From Azolla caroliniana (Eukaryota; Plantae; Polypodiophyta), in NCBI GenBank assembly GCA_043228905.1, contig JBHGNT010000005.1:14074001-14138000 (forward strand): a DNA stretch of 64,000 nucleotides, written 5' to 3'. The notes under the pieces were generated by a model. That model was not told the DNA's origin and did not search any database. It saw only the letters and a list, made by a program, of their open reading frames with translations. Both the position numbers and the translations under genes were made by a program. This document shows, in pieces, positions 12,144-23,679 of the stretch. Every line of letters starts with the position of its first letter. The first letter of the stretch is position 1.

Positions 12144-15100
12144 CAGGAAGAAAACTCTCAGAGCAAAACATGTACGAATCGGTCCGGATGGGGCATCTAC
12201 GTACACGACCGTAACCGGAGGATTGAAGAAAGGATACCGACAAGTGGAGGATAAGTTGCGGTTGGCATCAATAATAAAAGAAGATGAAGAAATCATGGGG
12301 ATAGTCGAAGAAGTGTTCTATGGGAGCACGCTACAACGACTTGAAGAGCTTGCGGAAGATAAAAGCAAAGGGAACCGGGTAGTCCCGGTGGAATCGGTCG
12401 AGATGTACGAGATCATTGCAAAAATGGAGCCGGATACGCTCCGCAAAGAAGAAGCAATGGTAAGTACAAAATACAAGACCGTGGAGAAGAAGGTGAAACT
12501 GGCCGTGGGACCACTACCCGCCGATAGCGAACAAAAGAGGAAAGAAGTCTCGGGAGATCCGACACTTCGAAAGTCCGTGGATATCGGACATGCCTTCACG
12601 GATGAGACCCGGAAGAAACTTCGGATCGGTGGAGGTGGGTTCCTATTACAAAAAGAAGAAGAACGGTTTCGCGAGATGTTGGAGCAACACGGCAAAGCAT
12701 TTGCATTTACATCAAGGGAGATAGGGTGCGTCGATCCGAGAATAGTGGAGCCGATGGTGATCTTCACGATTGACCATGTACCGTGGAACCTAAAGCCGAT
12801 TCCGGTGCCACGAGCGCATATTCCGAAAGTCATTGACTTGCTCAAGGAGAAGGTGGCGATGGGGATTCTAGAGCCATCAACTGCTCCGTACTCAAATCGA
12901 TGGTTTACGGTTCTGAAGAAGAATGGGTCACTCCGATTTATCCAAGACTTGCAACCGGTGAATAAGGTCACGATCCGGAACTCGGGAGTCAGTCCGATAG
13001 TGGACGAATTTGCGGAAGCTTTTGCCGGTCGTGCGATATACTCCATCGGAGACCTATACTCAGGGTATGACCAATTCCAACTAGCCGTGGAGAGCCGAGA
13101 CATCACAACCATGCGAACACCGATAGGATTAGTCCGAATGTGCACACTACCACAAGGAGCGACAAACTCGGTTGCTCATATGATGAACGCGATGAACAAG
13201 GTGCTTCGAGACTGCATTCCGGAGATAACGATGCCGTTCCTCGATGACATTCTGATGAAAGGATGCGCGGTAGAAGAAAAAGATGAGACTATGGATGATC
13301 GGGGATGCTGAAAGTTCATGGTCGACCATATTCATGATTGCGAGAAAGTGTTGCGAAAGCTAGAAGATGTGCACCTAACACTTTCCGGGGAGAAATCGGC
13401 ATTCGGGCAAGAAGAAATATTGGTGGTCGGACATCTATGTGGGCCCTACGGCCAAAGACCATCACCAACAAAGATCGATGCGATTCAAGCTATGGAGGAA
13501 ATATGCGAGTCAACATCCGAAGTCCGAAGGTTTCTCGGTGCATGTGCATTCTATCACATATGGATTCTGCACTATGCACATATAGCGGACCCGCTCTACC
13601 ACTTGTTGCGGAAAAGTAAGAAATTCGAATGGAAACCGGAACACACCAAAGCCATGAAGAAATTGAAGAAGACACTTCGGAGGGCGGAAGCACTTAAGAA
13701 GCCGAGCTACGACCGACCAATCATAGTAACGGTTGATACAAGTCCAACCGGTATTGGGTGGGTCATCAATCAAGCCGACTCGGATGGTTCGCGGTATCCT
13801 ATCCGATTCGGAGCAAAGGTTCTCAACGAAAGGCAACGTGGATATGCACAAGTCAAAAGAGAACTGTGGGGAGTCGTGTCGGCGATAAAATCGGATCGGG
13901 ATTATTTGATCGGAGCCGAAGTGGTGATCGAGACGGATTGTCTTCCGATACTTGGGATGATGCGGTGTTGTACGATACCGGATGTAGCTATGCTAAGGTG
14001 GGTTGCATATGTCAAGTCGCTTAATCCGGAGGTTCGACACATCTCGGGGAAGGACAACGCGGTAGCAGATATGTTATCAAGGGCTCGGTTTGGAGACGAC
14101 ATAACCGAATCGGATAATGAAGAAGTTTCCGAAGACTACTTCGCGTCGGAGCACATATGCCGAGTGAACGTAATCCGAGAATTCCGGGAAGAAGAACACG
14201 AGGGAGAAAGTTTGATGATCGGAAAGATGTTACAAGAGGCTGAGGACTCAACAAACAATAAAGGAAGAAGAGCCGAGATCCGAAGGAAGAAGAGGCAAGT
14301 CCAAAAGTTCTTCTTGGAAAACGGATTAATATGGAGGGCGCCGAGAAGACCGGATGGTATACCACTTCGAGTAGTCGGGACAAAAGAGCAACGAAACCGG
14401 ATAATGTCTGAGTTTCACGAATCCAATTGGGCTGGACACCGAGGAACATGGGCAACATTTGTGAAGATCAAGCAAAAATATTGGTGGAAGAAAATGTACA
14501 AAGATGTCGCGGAGTTCACGGAAAGTTGTGAGAAATGTCAAGTCTACTCCGGGGTTCGACATCGAGATGAGTTACATCCGACATTCTCACCGACAATCAA
14601 CTTCAAGTGGATGGTCGACATAGTGGCCATGCCGACCGGGATCGGACAAAAGAAATACTTGGTATTAGCTCGGGAAGATCTCACGAATCAAGTAGAAGGT
14701 CGAGCGCTTCAGAGGAAAACGTGTTCCGCAGTATGCCAATTTCTTTTGGAGGAAGTATTTTGCAGGTACGGGTGCGTAGGGCAAGTGATTGCGGACCGGG
14801 GAGAACTCGACTCGGACAAAGCTAGGGGATTCTTCGCCAAACACGGAGTTTGGTTATCGCTGACAACGGCATACAATCCGGAGGCCAACGGGAAAATCGA
14901 ACGAGGACATAGTCCAATCGTGAAAGCACTTGCGAAGGCATGCGATGGAAAGGTGAAGGACTGGCCGCAGATGCTTCCGTATGCACTATGGCGGATCGGA
15001 CGACGCATAGCTCCGTAACCGGTTACATGCCGGCATAACTCATGACCAGACAAGCACCGGTAATGCCGACGGAAACCGCGATCGCAACATGGACAGTGCT

Positions 15101-15924
15101 ACCGTGGAAGGAAGAGATGAGCCGGGAAGAACTACTAGCGGTCCGGATACGACAACTAGAGGGAAGACCGGCAGACATAGCGGACGCAATACGCCGACAA
15201 CAAGAAGCACGGTTCCAGAACAAAAGCCGGTTCGACACAAAGCACCGACTATGACCCAGGAGGATTGAAGAAGGAGATTGGGTGATCGTCTATGACAGTA
15301 GTTTGGACCATCAACATACAACGATGCGGAAATTCGCGAAAAGGTGGTTCGGGCCATACGAGGTTCGGAAAGTCTTCGACAACGGAACGTACCGACTGTC
15401 TGAGTTGGATGGAACAATACTACGAGTGCCTATAGCCGGGAAGCGGGTGAAGATTTTCAAGAAGCGGACCGACGACAAACCCTATGTGATCCAAGCTGTT
15501 GGCCGGTCAGAAGAAGGCAAATGGGAAAGCAAAGATGAATCGGAGTCGAAGGGGATAAATAGATAAATAGAATTATTAGGAGGGATGGATCCGGTAGTTG
15601 TAACCGATCCGGATCCGAACCGATTCGGTTTCGGTTAACGGTTGCCTAAGAGCACCGATTGTAATCTGGCCGGATGCCTATAAAAGGATCCGATGTTTTG
15701 TAATGAAGTTACGAAGAATTAATATAGTCTTGTTTATGCTTATTGATCTTATCTTCGTCTGTGCTTAAGTGTAATTATCATACGCGTGTATTAACATCCT
15801 ATCCCTACCACCCCTTTGGAGAAGTGTCGGATAGACACCTGTGTTGCGGCTAGTCCAGCCATACATACAACACTATTTTGGCGACCACGATTCCTGCAGA
15901 GTGCAGAGGACAACCGGGGGATGG

Positions 15925-17646
15925 ATGTCTAGACAAACCAACGACCACCTCACCGAAAGAGGGAGACGCCACGCCGAACGACAGCGACGACGGGAAGCCC
16001 TGCAGCAAGCCGTCGACGAGATCCGGCGCGATCGGTCATTCTCAAAAACGCTTCGGCAAATCGCAGAAGAAGCACTGCAGTTCCAGGTTCTACAAGCTTC
16101 CGACGAAGGCAGTAGCATAACCAGCCTCCAAGAAGCGGAGACACTACTACAAACTCTCGCCGGCGGCGACGGGGACGCAGCGGCATTTGCAACATTAGAG
16201 GCGGATTCGGATAGCGGGGAAAGCGTGGGATCCCGTTATAAAAGCAGCCACGAGAACAACCCCTTTGAGTCGGATTACTCAGCAACATCGGAGCCAGAGG
16301 AGGAAATAACTCTGGAGTTCGGTGACCGGCAATCGCCGAGGAGGGAGGAGCGGTTACCAACACCACCCGCGGAGGAACCGCAGGAGCGGTTATCAACACC
16401 ACCCGCGGAGGAACCGCAAGAGCGGATACCGACTTCGGAGGAACCAGCGCAGGAGAATCAGTGGGACGACACGATGCCGTATCCGTACCCAAAGTATTGG
16501 GATGAGCCCGACGCAGAGGCACATGTGTATGCATTCCTGCGAACATGGGAAGCCAACCACGTGTCCCAGAGACTGACGGAGCCCGAGGCCGACCGATCCA
16601 AAGTCGCCGAATTCAGCATGACATTAGAAGGACCGGCGGCCCGGTGGCACGCAAAGCACTTACCAGGCAGCTTCGCCACGTTCGAGGCATTGAAAACCCA
16701 GTTTTTACGCCTGTTTCATAGACGAGTGGAACAAAGGGAATTGGTCGGACAATTCTACACCACCCGGCAGGGAGAAAACGAGACGGTCCCACAATTTATC
16801 ATTCGTTTCCAGACCTTGCACAGTCAATTAGCAAGAGCACCACCCGAAGAGGAGGCCAAAGCAGTCTTTTTGGCTGCGTTGAAAGAGCCACTTCGAGCGA
16901 TGTGTGGAATCCTCGATTTCAGCACCAGCACAATGGACCAAGTCATTGATCGGGTCCTGGAAATGGACAAGACGAGCCCCTTCTTGCCGATGGGTGCGTT
17001 ACACCAGGCGCTTCCGAAGGAGGAGGACCTCCGGTTCCGACAAGCCCTACAATGCACAACATGCCTAAATTCGGGGCACTCGACCGTCGACTACACCCTG
17101 CGTGCACAGTGCATGATATGCAATTCTCGCGCCCACACAACGAACCGATGCGAGTATAACCTGTTAACTCGACAAGCGGCACCGGTCCGACACATAGAAC
17201 CGCGCAATCGGGATCCGGAAGAGGATCGATTCCGGAGGGACGACCGCTACCAACGAGAACGCGGCGACAGATACCCCGATAGAAGACGCGACAGCTATGA
17301 CCGAGAGGAGAACCGCAGAGATAGCTACCCCCGGGACCGGTACGACCGAGACGAATCCCCGGAATACGAGCAACGCAGAGAAGAAAGGCGGTCCGGGAAC
17401 CGGAATTTCCGACGGAACCAAAGGCGTGGATTCTTCCGTAGAGAGGAGCGTCGGGAGGCAGCAAGGAATGACAAACCAGTAGCGGCACCGGAGAACCGAA
17501 AAACCGAGGACAACCGCCGGGGAATGCCCCTTCCCCAAACATGGGAAAAAGGAGAATCCAGCAACACGCACAGGGTGTACTGTTATTACTGCCGAAAAGA
17601 GGGGCATTACAGTAATGAATGCCCAAGCAAAACAACCGAACAATGA
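15925..17646 (+). CDS. Element D Gag, intact (retrotransposon gag domain, Cys/His clusters, R/D-rich tract, CCHC knuckle CYYCRKEGHYSNEC)
   Basis: Open 601-codon frame; first ATG after the PBS gives MSRQT; homologous to decayed gag of F. Confidence 0.85.
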   Translation: MSRQTNDHLTERGRRHAERQRRREALQQAVDEIRRDRSFSKTLRQIAEEALQFQVLQASDEGSSITSLQEAETLLQTLAGGDGDAAAFATLEADSDSGESVGSRYKSSHENNPFESDYSATSEPEEEITLEFGDRQSPRREERLPTPPAEEPQERLSTPPAEEPQERIPTSEEPAQENQWDDTMPYPYPKYWDEPDAEAHVYAFLRTWEANHVSQRLTEPEADRSKVAEFSMTLEGPAARWHAKHLPGSFATFEALKTQFLRLFHRRVEQRELVGQFYTTRQGENETVPQFIIRFQTLHSQLARAPPEEEAKAVFLAALKEPLRAMCGILDFSTSTMDQVIDRVLEMDKTSPFLPMGALHQALPKEEDLRFRQALQCTTCLNSGHSTVDYTLRAQCMICNSRAHTTNRCEYNLLTRQAAPVRHIEPRNRDPEEDRFRRDDRYQRERGDRYPDRRRDSYDREENRRDSYPRDRYDRDESPEYEQRREERRSGNRNFRRNQRRGFFRREERREAARNDKPVAAPENRKTEDNRRGMPLPQTWEKGESSNTHRVYCYYCRKEGHYSNECPSKTTEQ

Positions 17647-18251
17647 TGCGGCACATGGGTGAAAAAAAATAAATAAAAAAAATAAAAAAAAAAATCAAGT
17701 CAAGTAATAAAAGCAAATCATAATTAAGAAAAGCAATAAAAGAGAGGATCAAGAAAATCAAGGTAATGATGAAGGAAGTAGTTACAACCGTCACACGGGT
17801 GCACGAGCTATTTAAAGCACAGAACGTGGGGGGCCGATGTACAAGATTTAACACGCGCGGCAATCAAGGAGTCATAATGACAGACACGTAGGAGATTCGA
17901 CACACGCGGCAAAGAAGCGCAAGCATGACACGCGGCAGCAAAGGACAGACATGCTATTCATGACAGAGCATGCGCAGGCGCCAAAAATAGGACATGCTAT
18001 TCGAGGCAGAGGACGTGCAGGCGCCAAAATTAAAGAGTGACATGCTAATTATGGCAGAAGATACGCACGCGCGAAAAACAGGAAAAGGCGGCTATAGGGA
18101 AACGCCACTATATAAAGGAAGAACCGGAGAAGGGTTCACTTTTTACGAATTTTCCCACAAGCAAACGCAGGCTCAAGACAGCGAGATCCGACGCGCAGAA
18201 CACCCACACCCCGACCTCAGACCACAGGCAGCAGCAGAGGAAGAAGAAGCG

Positions 18252-21140
18252 ATGGCACTGTCGGAAGGAGCGCGACAATGGCTGATGGAGAACGGATTAG
18301 GAGGGCTGCTGCGGGTCGCCGATGCTCCGCCACACAAGGAACCAGAGCAGGCGTCAACAGCAGTGGACCTGGCAGAAGTCACCGAAGGAGCGGTACAAGC
18401 GCTCACCGGGATTGCGGAGGGCGGACTTCAGACAATAGAGCTACCCTCGAGCCAAATATTCTTCGAGTATTTCGACGAATATTCCCTCAGCAGCAAGGCG
18501 TATCGCACACAGGGCGGAGAGAACCTGTTGTTCGGAGAGGTGGCCCGCGCCCTGATGGAGTATGGGTTCGTGAACCCTCGTCCGCCAGCCATAGCCAAAT
18601 ACCGAGCAGCGATCGTCATCGCGACATTCGAAGGCTTGCAGGTGGACTGGCTCCACTTCATTACCGAAGGACTGAAAGAGGCGATCAAGCACTTGGTGGA
18701 AGGGAAGAAGCCATGGGCCGGAATATCCCAATGGTTAACCGTGTTGGTCCCACCGGCGTCCCCCATCAAGCACAAGAAAAGAAGTCGGCAGGAGACTACG
18801 CCGAAGCAAACCATGAAGCGCCGACGAATCCTAGAGAAACACACTCCAAGATGGACACAGGAAGAAGAAGCGCCGCGGGAAGAAGGATCATCTCGACAAC
18901 CGCGGGAAGAAGACTCCTCCCGACAGCAACGGGACGAAGGCCCATCACGGCAGCCAAAGAAACAGCAACAGCAACCGGCCACGAAGAAGAAAAAGGCGGA
19001 AAAAGGCAAGGAGAAGCTGGCGAAGAGGACCGGCAAGAGGCAAACCGACACCGAACCAGTAACGCTCGAATCGGAACCGGTACCAGTAAAGGAACCGATA
19101 GTCGCACCGACGGAGGACGCTGAAACAGAGGAAGACTCATCCGAACCGATGTTAATACTACCACCCAGGCGAGGAAAGGAGAAACGGGCGACAAGACCGA
19201 CCCCAACAGCGGACGGAACTCAGCAACGGGCGAAAGAACCGCCTCCAGTAACCGGAACAGAAGCGACACAGGATGAAGGTCCGTCTGCACCAAAGACGGC
19301 AGTACCGGAACCGACGGCGGCGGAGTTCGAAGAACAAAGAAAGGAACAAGCGCCGGAGCAAGAGAAGAGGCCGGAGAAACAGCCGGAAAAACAGCCGGAG
19401 CTAGGTACGCCTGCTCACACCGACGAAGGCAGAACAAAGGCACAATGGCTAAGGTGGTTGTCAGGGCAGTTGTCGGGAGTGGCAGACCAGATGGAGAAAG
19501 AGGAGGAGCAAAGGGAACAAGTGACCAGGACGACGACTAAGGATATGGTCATGCTCCGGGCACAATTACATGAGCTGCAAGAAGAGCTAGCACAGGCAAA
19601 AGAAGGCAGCCGACAAGCACAAGATGGCACCGAGCCGGTCGGGACATCAGAACAGCAAGCCGAACCAGAAACGGAGAAGGCCTTGCAAACCGGCCCTGAG
19701 ACCGAGAAGTTAATAGCAACTTTGAAAGAAGAATTACAGGCTCAGGAGGCATTGAGAGATAACGAAAGGGAGCAGCGGAAGTTGGTAGAAGACGACAGAC
19801 GGCGAATGGAGGAAGGCCTTCGCCGAAGCAAAGCCACCAATGACCGACTACAAGAAGAAAACGGGAAGCTGCAAAAGGAAAAAGATAGGCTGCGCCGACG
19901 AATGGAGCAGGAAATCGAGCGGTTGCGAGAGGAACTCGGACAACAAAAGGACCGGGATGATCGGTTGCGAGCTCAGGCGAACCGACGCCTAAAACAGAAG
20001 ACGGAGGAATTCGACCGACTATGTAAGGATTATAAACAGGCCACGTCGGACATCAAGAATCAGGCAGCAACGTACGACCGACAGATAGAGAAGCTGAAAG
20101 AGCAGCTCAAGGAAAACCGCTTGGAATTGTCCAAAGCAAGGGAGGAAGTATCGGCGGAGAAGACCTTGACATCGGAACAAAGAAAGGAGATGGAAGTACT
20201 TCGCCAGGAAGTAGGGGAGCTGACAAAGAGCAGGAACGAGGAAAAAGTGAAGTCGACTTTCGAAATTAACAAATGGCGGAGTACCTGTGACAAGCAAAAA
20301 GCCGACTATGAAGCTCAAGCTCAGTTAATGACCGACATCATCAAACGGATAAGGAAGGAAAAACAAGCAGCTTCGGAACAGGCTAAAGCAGGGGTTGGCC
20401 GAATTAAGTTCATCATGTCAAGTTGGAGTACCCGAGCTCAGGCAAGCATAAATGAAAGCATGGAGAAGCTCTGGAGGGAATGGGCACAACAGGCAGCTGA
20501 ACTGCAGACACTCCGAGCAGATGCAGAAAATCGGAAGAAAACCGGAGATGGGTTCTATAAAATGGACGAAGAAAGTATCGTCAACATCCGGGAAGAACTG
20601 TCGGAGGATTTCTATGCTCTAGCAGAAGAGCATCTCAAGGAAATCCGAGGGTTAGTAGAGAGGTTGGATGACGGGCAGCTCGAAACCCAACTAGAATTGG
20701 AAGGGTACGAGAAGGACCGACTGCGACAGGAAGCCGAGGGACACACAACGCCGATCTCCATCAGTGAGGGCGAGCGACCGGCTGAAGAGGACCCAACCGA
20801 CAACGCACCCCGACAAGAATTACCCGAGGAAGAACTTCCGGAGCAAGAACAGGTTGATGCCGGGGATGATGCAGAGTGGAGATAGGGAAGTACCGAATCC
20901 GGGGAGGAAAGGACACAACCACTGGAAACCGGAGAGAGCGATACCGGGAACGGAACGGAGGTAGAGCAGGACAGACCCGGACAGGATACAGAAGAAACAC
21001 CGGTACCACCGGTACAAGCAGAGTCGGAGCAGCAAGATGCGAAAAGGCAGCCAATCCAATCGGAAGTCGGAGACGGCACAGGCAAGACAACACTTGAAAC
21101 CTCTGAGCGGTGTTTGCTGGATATTTTGGAGGAAGACTGA
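18252..21140 (+). CDS. Element D extra ORF: Athila-ORF/Transposase_32-like N-terminal domain, disordered linker, long coiled coil, acidic tail; one in-frame TAG at 20883
   Basis: 963-aa open frame from 17994; likely start MALSEGARQWL by alignment with F; frame continues past the TAG to LDILEED* at 21140, matching F's LEILDDE*. Confidence 0.75.
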
Positions 21141-21146
21141 AGCCGG

Positions 21147-21188
21147 TTGTGGGTTCGAAGTGCAACGCACTTTCCCACGGGCGTGCCA
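21147..21188 (+). other. tRNA-Arg(UCU) 3'-end-like sequence occupying the PPT position of D
   Basis: TTGTGGGTTCGA[AGTGCAACGCACT]TTCCCACGGGCGTGCCA then TG then the LTR; no purine tract. Confidence 0.75.
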
Positions 21189-22482
21189 TGTGTTGGCCGG
21201 TCAGAAGAAGGCAAATGGGAAAGCAAAGATGAATCGGAGTCGAAGCGGATAAATAGATAAATAGAATTATTAGGAGGGACGGATCCGGTAGTTGTAACCG
21301 ATCCGGATCCGAACCGATTCGGTTTCGGTTAACGGTTGCCTAAGAGCACCGATTGTAATCTGGCCGGATGCCTATAAAAGGATCCGATGTTTTGTAATGA
21401 AGTTACGAAGAATTAATATAGTCTTGTTTATGCTTATTGATCTTATCTTCGTCTGTGCTTAAGTGTAATTATCATACGCGTGTATTAACATCCTATCCCT
21501 ACCACCCCTTTGGAGAAGTGTCGGATAGACACCTGTGTTGCGGCTAGTCCAGCCATACATACAACACAAGCCAAGGCCGACAACGAGGAGCAATCGGACG
21601 AAGACCACGGTGATGCGGGAAGCGAAGAAAGTGAATTACAACTCATAGTCGACATTAGGGGAGAATCGGGGGAAGCTTTGGATGAAGACGGATATGAGGA
21701 ATCGAGAACTTCGGCACATACCGGAGGATGTGCGGGTTCAGAGGGGGCGAGTGTCGTAGTGTATTCCACACACTACGTGAAAACCATAAAATAATATATC
21801 CGATTTTAGATACATATAAATAAATAAATAAATAATATATCAAAATATTTATCACGTGCATAAGGCAAGATTCAAACCCTACACCTCCACGTAGCCAAAC
21901 CTCAACTTTACCATTATGCTACCTTATCTTTACTATTCTATAAATAGATTTAATAAACTATAACTGCTTTATTTGCGCCTACCTTTATTAAAAGGTAAAT
22001 CATGCATTTTTAGAGTGCGTGAATATTTTATAAAAAAACGCAAGCAACTAAAAAGTGACTCATGCACATCTAGCGTGCATGAGCACTATGTTTAGCAAAT
22101 AAAAGCAAGGATTAGAAAAGCATCACATGCACATTTAGTGTGCATGAACATATTAGAAAAAAGCATGTAGCTATGCTTAGTCTCTCCCATCACTATATAA
22201 GGATGGGGAGCACATTGTAGTTATTGTTGATTTTTTTTTCTATAATGATCAATCAATCTAAAATATTCGTGGGATTCACGAATTTGCTAAAATAATTCTC
22301 TCGTACTACCTAAATATTGACTAAATATACTAAACTCGTGGGATTCACAAGATTCTTATCTTATAACTCTTTATACCTATTCTTTACTAGCCTTATTTGT
22401 ATTTTTCTTCCTCCTAGTCCAAAACCTCAGCGGTTCCCACCCGACTCACGCAACGATCCAGAGCCGAAAGGCACGACAACGC

Positions 22483-23320
22483 CACTTCCAGACACTTGGA
22501 ACTTCTACAAAAATTTTGACAGCCTTCCATCCCGAGACAGATGGACAAACAGAACGAGTGAATCAGATTCTAGAGCAATATCTCTGATGTATGATAAGTT
22601 ATCATCAACAAGATGATTGGATCAAATTTCTTCCAATGGCCAAGTTCGCCTACAACAATACTCTCCACACATCAACTAGCGTAACACCCTTCTTCGCAAA
22701 CTATGGGTTCCATCCACGCTTTAACATAGTTATCCCTGTTGGTTCTATGAATCCATCTACTGAAGAACGAGCTCGTTTGATGAAAGAAGTGCACCATGAC
22801 CTATCCCTCGAACTCTCCATTGCTCAGGAACGACACAAAGAGAAGGTTGATCGACATCGGCGGGATGCACCTAGTTTTTAATTCGGCGACACGGTCCGAC
22901 TATTATGATGGCATATTCCGACTACTCGTCCATGCAACAAACTTGATTACAAAAAATTGGGTCCATTCCAAATTGTTGACAAAGTCAACCTCGTAGCTTT
23001 CCGTCTTGCTCTTCCATCACACTACCGAATTCACAATGTCTTCCATGCATCTCTTCTTGAGCTCTACCATCCATCCTCAATTCCAGGAAGAAGCATTGAA
23101 CCACCACCCCCTATGGCATTGGCAACCGGGGATGAGTATGAAGTCAGGGGGGACCATTCTAGACTCGCGCAAGAGCCGACGAAATCTCTAGTATCTAGTC
23201 TTGTGGAAAGGATATCCCATTTCTGAGGCCACATGGGAGCTTGCAAAAAATTTACTCAATGCCCCAGATGTGGTTCATGATTTTCATCACCGATATCCTC
23301 ACAAACCTGCACCTTCTTGA
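22483..23320 (+). pseudogene. Element B pol, 3' part: integrase C-terminus (GPF motif) and chromodomain
   Basis: LGPFQIV..HNVFHASLLE; EYEV..ILDSR..YLVLWKGYPISEATWE. Confidence 0.88.
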
Positions 23321-23344
23321 AGTCGGCGCTTAAGGGGAGGATAA

Positions 23345-23679
23345 TGTCATGAACATCGAGTCAAATTCAAGCCTTAGGTCCTTGTATATATATATTTCTC
23401 CTAGAAAGACTTTAGACTTTAAACCTTTGTATAAAGAGTGGTATGTAAGACTTGGCATGCAAGAATACGTATGCTTAATATTATAGTATGTATGACTTGG
23501 CATGAACATGCTTATCATGCATCACTATATGTATAAAAAGGGTTGATCTCCCTTGTTAACATCAAGGAGATCAACACCAGTCATGGAATAGATATTCGTA
23601 CTCATTGTCATCAACTTATCCATCTCTCTATCTCATCAACTTACCCATCTCTTTTTCTTCCAATTCTTCATCCATGACA
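23345..23679 (+). repeat. Element B 3' LTR
   Basis: TGTCATG...CATGACA followed by TSD TCTCG. Confidence 0.95.

Larger units (their letters stand above)
15497..21566 (+). mobile_element. Element D: young non-autonomous Ty3/gypsy (gag plus extra ORF, no pol, no PPT)
   Basis: 376-bp LTRs 15497-15872 and 21191-21566 with two differences seen; TSD CAAGC; PBS-like TGGCGACCAC at 15879-15888 (tRNA-Arg type). Confidence 0.95.
12079..21794 (+). pseudogene. Element C pol (RT-RH-IN): 12079-15496 plus acidic tail 21572-21794, split by D
   Basis: ORFs 12223, 13318, 15042, 15282; the frame resumes after D (..YVIQA|KADNEE..) and runs into the 3' LTR. Confidence 0.88.
9288..22478 (+). mobile_element. Element C: Ty3/gypsy of the same lineage as A, tRNA-Trp primer binding site (PBS), inserted in the integrase of B
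   Basis: LTRs 9288-10010 and 21752-22478 are near-identical; PBS 10015-10032; PPT before 21752; 4-bp TSD ACGT/ACGC restores the host frame WKRHFQTLG. Confidence 0.95.
4617..23679 (+). mobile_element. Element B: chromoviral Ty3/gypsy (Tcn1/Tf1-like), full length, interrupted by C
   Basis: 335-bp LTRs 4617-4951 and 23345-23679; TSD TCTCG (4612-4616 / 23680-23684); PPT AAGGGGAGGA before 23345; gag, PR, RT, RH, IN and chromodomain present. Confidence 0.95.

Noticed and set aside
12318-13145. Long antisense ORFs over C and D (also 16943-17863, 18428-19443)
   Set aside because: Shadows of GC-rich sense coding sequence with no domain-like features
17994-20885. Host SMC, myosin or kinesin gene, or viral env
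   Set aside because: Intronless, lies between LTRs, homologous to the F extra ORF; no ATPase motif or transmembrane segment seen
21120-21190. A real tRNA gene or SINE upstream of the D and F 3' LTRs
   Set aside because: Only T-arm, 3' acceptor strand and CCA are present; no 5' acceptor strand, D arm or anticodon arm, and upstream is protein-coding. Plant nuclear tRNA genes do not encode CCA.
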